Shown here: positions 20,452 through 29,987 of the stretch, piece by piece
How positions within the stretch are numbered: the stretch's first letter is position 1
Layout: the number at the start of each line of letters is the position of its first letter
NCBI GenBank assembly: GCA_041664925.1
Contig: JBAYJV010000002.1
Location: 264,302 to 328,301, forward strand
Source: Minisyncoccota bacterium
Lineage (GTDB): Bacteria; Patescibacteriota; Minisyncoccia; JBAYJV01
DNA: 64,000 nt
Direction: 5' to 3'
The notes under the pieces: model-generated
Seen by the model: the letters and a program-made list of their open reading frames with translations, nothing else
What the model was told of the DNA's origin: nothing
Database searches by the model: none
Position numbers and translations under genes: made by a program

Positions 20452-21966
20452 ATGAAATATCAACCAACAATCGGTCTTGAAATTCATACTGAGCTAAAAA
20501 CAAATTCTAAAATGTTTTGTTCGTGTAGGAACGATCCAGACGAAAAACAGCCAAATAAGAATGTTTGTCCAGTTTGTTTAGCCCACCCAGGAACACTCCC
20601 TGTCATGAACAAATCAGCAATCGAAAAGGTTCTTAAAACAGGCCTTGCGCTCAATTGTAAAATTGCCACACATTCATATTTTGATAGAAAAAATTATTTT
20701 TATCCTGATTTACCAAAAGGCTATCAAATTTCTCAATACAAAGACCCCTTATGTGGTCCTGGTTACTTAGATATTAATGATAAGCACATCGGAATTACCA
20801 GGATTCACCTAGAAGAGGACACTGGTCGCTTAGCTCATCCAAAGGGCGCTGATTATAGTCTTGTTGATTTTAATCGCGCTGGAGTACCCTTGATGGAGTT
20901 AGTAACCGATCCTGATATTAAAACAGGCCTTGAGGCCAGAAAATTTTGCGAAGAGCTTCAGCTTATTCTTCGTTATCTTGAAGTTTCTGATGCTGATATG
21001 GAAAAAGGTCAAATGCGTTGCGAGGTAAATATCAGCGTATCAAAAGATAAAAAACTAGGTACAAAAGTTGAGATAAAAAACTTAAATTCATTTAGATCGG
21101 TTGAAAAATCAATTGATTATGAGATTAAAAGACAAACTGACGTTTTAGATGGCGGAGAAAAAATTGTTCAGGAAACTAGGGGATGGGACGAAGGAAAACA
21201 GGCAACCGTTTCTCAGAGAATAAAAGAAGAAGCTCACGATTATCGATATTTTCCCGAACCAGACCTTCCTCATTTTGATATTCACCACGAGGAAAATCCT
21301 GACGATTTAAAGAAAATCAACGAAGGAGGCATTTATTTGGCAGATATAAGAAAAACTATGCCAGAATTACCACAACAAAGAAAAAATCGTTTCCTTGCAG
21401 AATATTTTCTTCCCCAAGATCAGGTTGAAATCTTGGTTAAGAATAAAAGTCTAGGCGAGTATTTTGAAAAAGTTGCCTCGGAATTGAAAGCTTGGGTTTT
21501 AACTGAAGAACAAAAACATACCATTCCTTTGCCTGAAGCAAAAAAACTCTACAAGCTTGCAGCTAATTACATAATTACTGAACTTCAAAAGTTAACAAAA
21601 GAGTCTCCATCCAAAGAAAATCTTGAAAAAATAACACCAGAAAACTTTGCTGAACTTATAAAAATGACTTACTTAGGACAAATCAATTCTTCAGCGGCTC
21701 AAGTTGTCTTAAAAGAAATGTTCATTAATGGCGGTGACCCGTCAAATATTATTGATCAAAAGAAGCTCAGGCAAGTAAGCGATGTTTCTGTTATTGATGA
21801 AGTGATTGAAAAAATCATTGCTCAAAATCCTAAAGTAGTTGCCGATTATAAAAATGGACAAGAAAACGCCCTACAATTTTTTGTCGGACAGATCATGAAA
21901 GAAACGAAAGGACAAGTAAATCCGCAGATAGCCCAAGAAATGCTTTATAAAAAACTAAAGCATTAA
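20452..21966 (+). CDS. gatB: Asp/Glu-tRNA(Asn/Gln) amidotransferase subunit B
   Basis: N-terminus YQPTIGLEIHTEL...CSC...CPVC is typical of GatB. Start chosen at the MKYQPT methionine. Confidence 0.9.
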   Translation: MKYQPTIGLEIHTELKTNSKMFCSCRNDPDEKQPNKNVCPVCLAHPGTLPVMNKSAIEKVLKTGLALNCKIATHSYFDRKNYFYPDLPKGYQISQYKDPLCGPGYLDINDKHIGITRIHLEEDTGRLAHPKGADYSLVDFNRAGVPLMELVTDPDIKTGLEARKFCEELQLILRYLEVSDADMEKGQMRCEVNISVSKDKKLGTKVEIKNLNSFRSVEKSIDYEIKRQTDVLDGGEKIVQETRGWDEGKQATVSQRIKEEAHDYRYFPEPDLPHFDIHHEENPDDLKKINEGGIYLADIRKTMPELPQQRKNRFLAEYFLPQDQVEILVKNKSLGEYFEKVASELKAWVLTEEQKHTIPLPEAKKLYKLAANYIITELQKLTKESPSKENLEKITPENFAELIKMTYLGQINSSAAQVVLKEMFINGGDPSNIIDQKKLRQVSDVSVIDEVIEKIIAQNPKVVADYKNGQENALQFFVGQIMKETKGQVNPQIAQEMLYKKLKH

Positions 21967-21975
21967 ATCCTAAGC

Positions 21976-22112
21976 TCGAATTACGAAATTCGAAACACCT
22001 GCCTGCCGGCAGGCAGGAATTCAAATTTCGAAAGTCTAATGACAAAATGGTTTTAATTTAGAATTTTGAATTTAGATATTGTTTCGGATTTCAAGTTTCG
22101 ATATTCGAATTT
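21976..22112. repeat. MITE-like intergenic element, copy B
   Basis: cgaattacgaaattcgaaac, then perfect 20-bp palindrome cctgcctgccggcaggcagg, AT-rich core and right end tagatattgtttcggatttcaagtttcgatattcgaattt abutting the alr ATG. Confidence 0.6.
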
Positions 22113-23234
22113 ATGAAATACAGAAGTTGGCTTGAGATTGACTCATCAAACATAATACATAATCTAAAAGAAGCTCAAGGTCTTGTAAATAACAAGGTTA
22201 AATTGATGGTCGTTGTGAAGTCAAACGCCTATGGTCACGGCACTATAGAGATGTCAAAACTTGTTGTTTCTAAGGGCGTTGATTGGCTGGGAGTTGATTC
22301 TTTAGAAGAGGCTTCTTTAATACGAGAAAGCGGTATTAAGACGCCTATTTTAGTTTTAGGATATATATTAAAAGAAAATCTCAAAAAAGCAGTTGAAAAC
22401 GATATAAGTGTCGTGGTATATAACAAAGAAACACTAGCGGAATTGTCGAAATTAAAAAAACCAGCAAAAATTCACATAAAGGTTGAGACAGGCACAATGA
22501 GACAGGGGGTTTTGCTTGAAGATTTGGAAGAATTTATCAGATGCGCTAAAAAATCGTTAAATATAATCGTAGAAGGAATCTATACTCATTTTGCCAATAT
22601 CGAAGATACTACCGATCATAGCTTTGCCAAAGAACAGCTTCGAAAATTCAGCCAAGCTCTCCAGATTGCCAAAGATTTGAAAATAAAACCGCTTGCTCAT
22701 ACAGCTTGTAGCGCTGCCTTGATTCTTTTTCCCGAAACTCATTTCGATATGGTACGATTTGGTATCAGTATGTATGGTTATTGGTCATCTCCTCAAACCC
22801 TTGTTTCCTCGAAAGAAAATAAAAAAAGCATATTATTAAAGCCCGCTCTTTCGTGGAAATCAGTCATCGCTCAAATAAAGAACGTTAAGAGCGACACACC
22901 TGTTGGCTACGGTCTTATGGAAAAGACAAATCAAGATACAAAAATCGCTATTGTACCTGTGGGTTATTGGGATGGTTACGATCGAAAACTTTCAAGTGTC
23001 GGCAATGTGCTGATTGGCGGAAAGAGATGTAAAATTATTGGCAGAATTTGTATGAATATGTTAATGGTAGACATTAATCACCTTCCAGATGTTAAGGTCG
23101 AAGACGAAGTTGTCTTAATAGGACATCAAGGTGAAGAAAATATAGCCGTAGAAGAATTAGCTCAAAAAATCGGTACTATTAATTACGAAATTATCTCTCG
23201 AATTAATCCTTTAATTCCGAGAATTTACAAGTAA
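22113..23234 (+). CDS. alr: alanine racemase
   Basis: PLP-binding motif VVKSNAYGHG and overall Alr architecture. Confidence 0.85.
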   Translation: MKYRSWLEIDSSNIIHNLKEAQGLVNNKVKLMVVVKSNAYGHGTIEMSKLVVSKGVDWLGVDSLEEASLIRESGIKTPILVLGYILKENLKKAVENDISVVVYNKETLAELSKLKKPAKIHIKVETGTMRQGVLLEDLEEFIRCAKKSLNIIVEGIYTHFANIEDTTDHSFAKEQLRKFSQALQIAKDLKIKPLAHTACSAALILFPETHFDMVRFGISMYGYWSSPQTLVSSKENKKSILLKPALSWKSVIAQIKNVKSDTPVGYGLMEKTNQDTKIAIVPVGYWDGYDRKLSSVGNVLIGGKRCKIIGRICMNMLMVDINHLPDVKVEDEVVLIGHQGEENIAVEELAQKIGTINYEIISRINPLIPRIYK

Positions 23235-23325
23235 ATTGTCACGTGTCGCGCGTAGCGTGTCACAAATCTGTTCCAGTTATAGAAGCCTCGTGACCCGCAA
23301 ACCCGCAACTCGCGATCTTAAGTAA

Positions 23326-23886
23326 ATGTTGTGGATAATACTCGTTATTATTCTCGTCCCTGTTCTTTTCGTCATCTTTACCTACAATAAACTCATCACT
23401 CTTCGAACAAGATCGGAAGAAGCATGGTCAGACATTAAGGTCCAGCTAAAAAGACGTTACGATCTTATTCCAAACCTCATTGAAACCGTTAAGGGATACG
23501 CAAAACACGAAAAAAGTCTTTTTGAGAATGTTACCAAAGCTCGCGCTGATGCTATGAAAGCCGAAGGAGCAGAAGATTCTCTTAAAAAAGAAAATCAACT
23601 TTCTCAAACTCTCAAATCTTTGTTTGCCGTTTCAGAAAATTATCCCGAACTGAAAGCTAATACCAATTTCCTTGATCTTCAAAATGAATTATCAGACACG
23701 GAAGACAAGATTCAAGCGTCACGCAGATTTTATAATGGCAACGTAAGAGATCTTAATATCGCCATTCAAACTTTCCCAACTAATATTATTGCAAGCACCT
23801 TCAAGTTCGCCAAAAAAGATCTCTTTGAACTCGCATCAGAAGAAGAAGGAAAAACACCGAAGGTTGACTTTTCTTCTGAAAAGTAA
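23326..23886 (+). CDS. lemA: LemA family protein
   Basis: N-terminal TM plus conserved LemA region (YNKLI.LR...W..I..QLKRRYDLIPNL). Adjacent to an M48 protease, a typical pairing. Confidence 0.8.
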   Translation: MLWIILVIILVPVLFVIFTYNKLITLRTRSEEAWSDIKVQLKRRYDLIPNLIETVKGYAKHEKSLFENVTKARADAMKAEGAEDSLKKENQLSQTLKSLFAVSENYPELKANTNFLDLQNELSDTEDKIQASRRFYNGNVRDLNIAIQTFPTNIIASTFKFAKKDLFELASEEEGKTPKVDFSSEK

Positions 23887-23887
23887 A

Positions 23888-24022
23888 TCCGAAATCAAAA
23901 ATTCGAAATCCTAAACAAATTCAAATATTTAAATTCAAAATAAATAAACAGTTTTGTGTTTGAAGTTTAGAGTTTTAAATTTAGATATTGTTTCGAATTT
24001 CGTGCTTCGAATTTCGAGTTTA
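23888..24022. repeat. MITE-like intergenic element, copy C
   Basis: tccgaaatcaaaaattcgaaat, then AT-rich core and right end tagatattgtttcgaatttcgtgcttcgaatttcgagttta. Shares a 24-nt core with copy B. Confidence 0.6.
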
Positions 24023-24036
24023 TTTATTTTAATTCC

Positions 24037-24933
24037 ATGACCTTATACACCCAAAAATCCTCTAATATTCGCAAAACATTCTTTTTGATGTTTTTCTTTA
24101 TGGTTTTTGTTATTCTTATTGGCTGGATTTTTGGTCAGGCGTATGATTCTCCAGATATTCTCTATATTGCTGTTCTAATTAGCGTCTTTATGTCATTTGG
24201 CAGCTATTGGTGGTCAGATAAAATTGTTACTAAAATGGCTCACGCCAAACCAATAGAGCACAGTGAAAACCCAGAACTTTATCACATTGTCGAAAATCTT
24301 TGCATTACTGCCGGACTCTTGCAGCCAAAAATCTATCTGATTAACGAGGCTCAGCCCAATGCCTTTGCTACTGGCAGAGACCAAAAACATGCAGTTATTG
24401 CCGTCACATCTGGTTTACTTGAAAAATTAGATCGTTCGGAAATAGAAGGAGTAATTTCTCACGAATTATCGCATATTGGCAACCGCGACATGTTACTAAT
24501 GACTGTCACTGTCGTTTTAGCTGGTTTTATTGCAATTATTTCTGACTTATTCAGGCGAGGAAGATTATTTGGCGGCAGAAGGTCAAGTGATGACAATGGC
24601 ATACAAGGAATTATGATGATTGTCGCTATAATTGTTTCGATTTTAGCGCCTTTAGCTGCTACCTTAATTCGTTTAGCAGTTTCCCGCAAACGAGAGTTTT
24701 TGGCCGATTCGACTGGCGCTTTAATTACCAGATACCCCGAAGGACTTGCCAGCGCGCTTGAAAAAATCGCCAAAGACGAAAATCCGATGCCTTCTGCGAC
24801 CAATGCCACAGCGCATCTTTATATTGCCAGTCCATTTCGCGGCAAACAAGCGCTTAGTGGATTAACTAAACTCTTTATGACGCACCCGCCGATAGAGGAA
24901 AGAGTAAGAAGATTAAGAGAAACGAAAGTTTAG
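24037..24933 (+). CDS. htpX: M48 family zinc metalloprotease, HtpX-like
   Basis: HELSH (HExxH) motif within a TM-flanked context. Confidence 0.8.
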   Translation: MTLYTQKSSNIRKTFFLMFFFMVFVILIGWIFGQAYDSPDILYIAVLISVFMSFGSYWWSDKIVTKMAHAKPIEHSENPELYHIVENLCITAGLLQPKIYLINEAQPNAFATGRDQKHAVIAVTSGLLEKLDRSEIEGVISHELSHIGNRDMLLMTVTVVLAGFIAIISDLFRRGRLFGGRRSSDDNGIQGIMMIVAIIVSILAPLAATLIRLAVSRKREFLADSTGALITRYPEGLASALEKIAKDENPMPSATNATAHLYIASPFRGKQALSGLTKLFMTHPPIEERVRRLRETKV

Positions 24934-24985
24934 TCGCCGCGAATCGTTAATCGTAAATCGTGAATCGTACAAAAATCTAACTCCT

Positions 24986-25597
24986 ATGAGATTGCCGAAT
25001 TTAAAGGAAGAGAGAGCACTTTTTAAAAAAGGTTTTAAGTATATTGCTGGAATTGATGAAGCGGGCAGGGGACCTTTGGCGGGACCGGTCGTGGCAGGAA
25101 TTGTTGTCTTTGATAAACAAAAATTGGAAAGATGGTTAAAATTTAACATCAAAGATTCGAAGAAACTATCATCCGCTAAGCGTATAAAAATCAAGCAAAT
25201 CATTAAAGAAGAGGCGATAGAGGTTAAAACTTCACTCGTTTCTGAGAAAATAATTGATAAAATAAATATTCGCCAAGCAACCCTTCTGGCAATGAAAAAA
25301 TGTTACCAAAAACTTTCGACTAAAGTCGAATTTCTCTTAATAGATGGCAGAGATACTATTGAAGATTTAAATATCAATCAAAAAGCGATTATTGGTGGTG
25401 ATGGAAAGTCAATTATCATAGCCGCAGCGTCAATTATTGCAAAAGAGACCAGGGATGACATTATGCGACGCTTAGCTAAGAAATACCCGAAATACAGCTT
25501 TGAAAAGCACAAAGGTTATGGTACAAAATTACATAGAAAGATGATAAAAAAATACGGGCCATGTAAAATTCATCGAAAAAGTTTTAAATTATTATGA
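24986..25597 (+). CDS. rnhB: ribonuclease HII
   Basis: IAGIDEAGRGPLAGPVV motif. Confidence 0.9.
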   Translation: MRLPNLKEERALFKKGFKYIAGIDEAGRGPLAGPVVAGIVVFDKQKLERWLKFNIKDSKKLSSAKRIKIKQIIKEEAIEVKTSLVSEKIIDKINIRQATLLAMKKCYQKLSTKVEFLLIDGRDTIEDLNINQKAIIGGDGKSIIIAAASIIAKETRDDIMRRLAKKYPKYSFEKHKGYGTKLHRKMIKKYGPCKIHRKSFKLL

Positions 25598-26241
25598 CTA
25601 GCAAATTAAGAAACAAATTAATTAATATTGCTAAAGACAAGATAACGAATCATGATAGGTCACATGATTTTTATCATGCTTTAAGGGTTTTAAATAATGC
25701 TGAAGGAATAGTGGAATACGAAGGAGGAGATTTAGATATAATTGTTCCGGCGGCATTGTTTCATGATATAGTTTGCTATCAGAAAAATCATCCTAAATCT
25801 AATGATTCCTCTGAAGAAAGCGCTGAAACTACTAAGGAAATATTGGAAAACATTGATGAATTTCCAAGAAAAAAGATTGGCACAGTTTTCGAAGCTATCA
25901 ATCAATGTTCATTTTCAAAAAGCATCAATCCTAATACTTTGGAAGCAAAAATATTGCAAGATGCAGATAGACTAGAAGCAACGGGGGCAATTTCCATCAT
26001 GAGAACTTTTTCATCTACAGGACAAATGGAACGTCCTTTTTATCATCCAACAGATCCGTTTTGTAGATTAAGAAAACCAGACAGTAAAAAACAGGCGTTA
26101 GATCTTTTCTATTCACGACTTTTAGTAGTACAAGATAGAATGCATACAAAATACGCGAAGAAGTTAGCAAAAAAACGCACCAAATTTCTTAAACAATTCC
26201 TAAAAGAGTTGGCATGGGAATTAGGAGATATTAGTTGTTAA
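25594..26241 (+). CDS. HD domain phosphohydrolase
   Basis: H...HD metal-binding motifs (HDFYHALRV; LFHDIV). ATGA-coupled to rnhB. Confidence 0.7.
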   Translation: MTSKLRNKLINIAKDKITNHDRSHDFYHALRVLNNAEGIVEYEGGDLDIIVPAALFHDIVCYQKNHPKSNDSSEESAETTKEILENIDEFPRKKIGTVFEAINQCSFSKSINPNTLEAKILQDADRLEATGAISIMRTFSSTGQMERPFYHPTDPFCRLRKPDSKKQALDLFYSRLLVVQDRMHTKYAKKLAKKRTKFLKQFLKELAWELGDISC

Positions 26242-26330
26242 GTTGTCTTGTTACAGAGTCTAAAGTTGACACATGGTGGGTTCGCATAGTCCTGCCGGCA
26301 GGCAGGGGTCGAGATAAAATAAAATAACTT

Positions 26331-26415
26331 GGAGAGGTCGCATAGTGGTCGAGTGCACGCGCTTGGAAAGCGCGCAGGCCGCAAGGTCTCGCGGGTTCGA
26401 ATCCCGCCCTCTCCG
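26331..26415 (+). tRNA. tRNA-Ser (anticodon GGA)
   Basis: Acceptor GGAGAGG/CCTCTCC, anticodon loop TTGGAAA, long variable arm, T-loop TTCGAAT. Confidence 0.9.
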
Positions 26416-26478
26416 CAACAATGTGAAGATGTCGTATATGACCCACTAGCCTTATGTTAAGATGAGTATATTGAATAT

Positions 26479-26976
26479 ATGGAATCACCAAAATCTGGAG
26501 ACACTTTTGAAAACAAAGAACAGATAAAAGCGGAGACAAAAATTCTCTCAGCGGATGAGTTACTTGAGATAATCTATAAGGGGGATTCACTTCCTCAGGA
26601 TACAAGATTTCTTCCCTTAGAAGATGGTGGTGTCTTTAAGTATTTCTACCCGGGAGAGGTTGCTGGTATTAGTTCTTCGAAAAAGCTTTTTCCAGTTGTA
26701 TGTGAAACAGGCAAGGTGGTCGGTTTATCAGAGCTAGAGCAAGATCCAAAAGATGATCAAAATTTTTGGATAAAGTTTGTTTCTGTTGATCCAGAATATC
26801 AAGGTAAGGGGTATGCATCTGAATTACTTAGACAAATTTTCCAATTTGCGAAAGACAATGGATATGCACTAGAACCATCTTACTACTCCGAACAAGGTTT
26901 AGAAAAACTAAAAAGTGTTATTGAAAAACTTTCCGCAGAAACAGGCGTTAATCTTGTTAATCGTCATAATAGCTAG
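26479..26976 (+). CDS. GNAT family N-acetyltransferase-like protein with shared ME-SP leader
   Basis: Acetyl-CoA binding-like segment VDPEYQGKGYASELL. N-terminus MESPKSGDTFENKEQ resembles the leaders of downstream genes. Confidence 0.6.
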   Translation: MESPKSGDTFENKEQIKAETKILSADELLEIIYKGDSLPQDTRFLPLEDGGVFKYFYPGEVAGISSSKKLFPVVCETGKVVGLSELEQDPKDDQNFWIKFVSVDPEYQGKGYASELLRQIFQFAKDNGYALEPSYYSEQGLEKLKSVIEKLSAETGVNLVNRHNS

Positions 26977-27168
26977 CGACCCACATACATATTTTAGAGT
27001 AAAGAAAAGATATTGGAACATCCCCATGGAGCTTAGATCCTTGGGTACTTAATCCGACTAAACCGCCAGTAGTTTTGAAAAGTGACCGTCAAAATTCCCT
27101 TATTTTGCGCTACATTTCAAAACGGAAAAGTGTTAATATGTAATAATCCTAAAGGGATTCGAACTTGT

Positions 27169-27540
27169 ATGAAAAAAATTTATCGATCATCGAAAACAAT
27201 TACTGCACCACTTTCTGGAGCCTATGAAGTAAATGGCTTGGTTTTTGTTTCCGGACAAATCCACATAGATGCTACAGGCCAGCTGGTTGGCAATAGTATA
27301 GAAGAAAAACTTGGTGCGGTTATTTCAAATGTAAAGAAATTATTAGAGGAAGCTAGTCTTACTTTAGATGATGTTGTTCGAGTTCATCTATATCTGACCG
27401 ATCTAAACCAGCTTCCTGAACTCAATAAGGCATATGTGACTTACTTTAAACATCCGCTTCCCGCTAGAACAGCAGTTGGTGTAAGTACTCTCCCCTTGGG
27501 AGCAAGTTTGGAGATGGATGTAATTGCCACAAGAAACTAG
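27169..27540 (+). CDS. ridA: RidA/YjgF family reactive-intermediate deaminase
   Basis: YjgF signature region (GLVFVSGQ...; C-terminal AVGVSTLPLGASLEMDVIA). Start chosen at MKKIYRSS. Confidence 0.8.
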   Translation: MKKIYRSSKTITAPLSGAYEVNGLVFVSGQIHIDATGQLVGNSIEEKLGAVISNVKKLLEEASLTLDDVVRVHLYLTDLNQLPELNKAYVTYFKHPLPARTAVGVSTLPLGASLEMDVIATRN

Positions 27541-27678
27541 AATGACAAAACCTAAACTCATAAAAAGCGTCCCAGTATTTCAACAGAGCGCCTAGTGGAG
27601 CTTCGTCACGCCACTCTTAACAGATGCTCGTTACTAGGTAACACTACAGAAATAAAAAGTATATTATTAATAAAACCC

Positions 27679-28548
27679 ATGGAAAAGTCACCGGAAAGCG
27701 TCTCCACGGAAAAACAAATGGAAGAGTTTGAAAGAGAAAGACTGGATCTACTAACAGGGATCGAAACAGCCGAATTGGCTTCAAAAGTTTATGAAATTTT
27801 AGGAGCAGAATTGGGTTGTCGTTTAGCCGAACCCAACCTAATCCTACTAATATCCGGCATGAAAGGTCATACCGACATACCTTGGGTTAAATTAGACAAA
27901 GAAAGAATAGAAAAATTAGAACAAGTAAACGCACAGCTCGAGAATCTTGGGCTAAGAATATATTACCCAGAAACACTAGAAGAAGAATCAGAAATTACAA
28001 GCCTTTCCATTGTAAATTTTAAAGGTATTGAAAGAAAATCAAGAATGACCAAAATACCATGTGTTCCGCCTTATGAAAGTATTCTGGGAGATGAGCCGAA
28101 GGAATGGCTTAAGAAACTTACTAATTCATTAAAAGAAGCTCAAGAAGCAGGAAAAATACCCAAAGAAGTTAATGTTGAAATTCTAGCCGAAGGAATCATT
28201 TTTGGATATCCAGATCAGGCAATTCTTGATTATGAAAAATGCCGTCGAGAAGGAAAAATCGACGATGATTTACTAGACGCCGATATTCTTTCTTCTGCCC
28301 CCGAAACCACGGAATACAAAGGGGCAGTTCCTGAATTTTGTTATTACCCAGAACACAAAGACGATCATGAAATAATTGAATATATTACTAAGGCTAGGGA
28401 GATATTGGGAAGTTTTTACCAAACCGACTGGTTCAAAGAATTGTCTCAAGGGCAAGAATTTCAAAAGTCTCGACAAGAATCAATGCAAGTAGAAAGGGAA
28501 GGACTTTTAAAAATGGGTTTTAATATTGAAGATACAGACAAGGGTTGA
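27679..28548 (+). CDS. hypothetical protein with MEKSPE leader (290 aa; track start 27595)
   Basis: ORF. N-terminus MEKSPESVSTEKQ is shared with neighbouring genes. No recognisable domain. Confidence 0.4.
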   Translation: MEKSPESVSTEKQMEEFERERLDLLTGIETAELASKVYEILGAELGCRLAEPNLILLISGMKGHTDIPWVKLDKERIEKLEQVNAQLENLGLRIYYPETLEEESEITSLSIVNFKGIERKSRMTKIPCVPPYESILGDEPKEWLKKLTNSLKEAQEAGKIPKEVNVEILAEGIIFGYPDQAILDYEKCRREGKIDDDLLDADILSSAPETTEYKGAVPEFCYYPEHKDDHEIIEYITKAREILGSFYQTDWFKELSQGQEFQKSRQESMQVEREGLLKMGFNIEDTDKG

Positions 28549-28664
28549 AATTAAGCATAATTTCGCCTTTAAGAAAACAATCTGATCAAGTTTTATACTT
28601 TATGAGACGGGAGTCTGAATAACTTGATATAATTTAACCAGTTATTATTAATTAAGGAAAAATT

Positions 28665-29870
28665 GTGGAAAATTTTGAAATGCCACAACAACAGAATACA
28701 CAAGAAGTAATCAAACCACCCGTGGTCGAAAAAAAAGCATCCCGATCATCTTTAGAAATTGCTAATGAACAAAAAGAAAAAGAGTGTCGGCAGCATGAAC
28801 GCGATCTGGTTGTTGAAAATCCTGAATTTGTAGGAATTAATTTTGATCATGACTATATTGTTGATGCAAGGAACTTTTGGTCGCAAGAACGATACCTTCA
28901 GTACATACAAGAAAGAGATGGACAGATTTCAGATGAAATACGCCCTGCTGTAGAATCTGGTCAAGCTCAAAAAATTCTTTTAGATAAAAAAGAGAAGGAG
29001 GTTGGTAAAAAGTTATCTTTTAATGAATATCTATCTAGTTTTGAAGGGAAATTACAACACGCTAGAGTTCATCCTGCCGGAGAGTTATCTCCAATTACTC
29101 CGTCTCAAGCACTTGAAATTAAACCTGACGGAACTTTCGATGTTGCAATTGCCCCAGAATTTATTGATCAGATAAAAACACTCCAAGAGCAAATTAGCGA
29201 CTTAACTCTTGTTGTTCAATTTTATGATCACCGCCGCGGTAAAGAAAAATCATCTGATGTCCCTGAAACACAAGAACAAATAGAACAATACATCGCTATT
29301 TGTGAAAGGATTATTGAAAGTTTTGGAAATAGGGTTGAGCTAGAAATAGGAAATGAAACAAATATTTCAAGAAGCACTGGCACAATGTTCGCAGATAAAT
29401 TACAGTATGCCAGCCATGTAGATGCTGTTGAATATGGAAAATTTTTTACCGAAGTAGCTAAGAGAATAAAAGAAAAAAGCCCAGCAATAAAACTTTCAAT
29501 TGCTGGAGTTGCCTGTTTTGACCCAACATATCTAAGAGAAGTTTTAACTGAAGTTAGACGACTTCAAGTAGAAGCCGGAATAGATAGAGCACTAGTTGAT
29601 ACTATTAGTTTTCATCCATATAGAGAAAAACCGGAAGGTGGGTCGATTGAAGTAAAAAACGGTAATTTCACTATTAGTGAAATGGATTACGAAGGACAAA
29701 TGAAAGAAATGAAAAAAATCGCCTCGGATTTTGGTGTAAAACTAAATGTTGGTGAAATAAATTTTCCATTTTCTGACCCAGCACAAAAAACAAAGCTTGA
29801 GCAAGCGGTTTCCTTAACAGCAAAAAACGGGATAGAATCTTTAATATATCCGGGAGTTAATGTTCATTAA
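28665..29870 (+). CDS. hypothetical protein, possible clan GH-A-like glycoside hydrolase fold
   Basis: ELEIGNETN and LNVGEINFP motifs lie about 120 aa apart, resembling the NE acid/base and E nucleophile spacing of TIM-barrel glycosidases. N-terminus MENFEMPQQQ. Confidence 0.35.
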   Translation: MENFEMPQQQNTQEVIKPPVVEKKASRSSLEIANEQKEKECRQHERDLVVENPEFVGINFDHDYIVDARNFWSQERYLQYIQERDGQISDEIRPAVESGQAQKILLDKKEKEVGKKLSFNEYLSSFEGKLQHARVHPAGELSPITPSQALEIKPDGTFDVAIAPEFIDQIKTLQEQISDLTLVVQFYDHRRGKEKSSDVPETQEQIEQYIAICERIIESFGNRVELEIGNETNISRSTGTMFADKLQYASHVDAVEYGKFFTEVAKRIKEKSPAIKLSIAGVACFDPTYLREVLTEVRRLQVEAGIDRALVDTISFHPYREKPEGGSIEVKNGNFTISEMDYEGQMKEMKKIASDFGVKLNVGEINFPFSDPAQKTKLEQAVSLTAKNGIESLIYPGVNVH

Positions 29871-29987
29871 TTTCTCGCCAAACTTGGTATTAATATTTGC
29901 ATCACACGCAATTCTCAATTATTTTGCCGTTCTTTTCGGATTCTTTTCAGATAACGATAAAGCTCCGGTAATTAATAAATTATAAAC

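Noticed and set aside
26231-26605. 124 aa minus-strand ORF
   Set aside because: It runs through tRNA-Ser and the start of the GNAT gene. It is an artefact of the GC-rich tRNA sequence.
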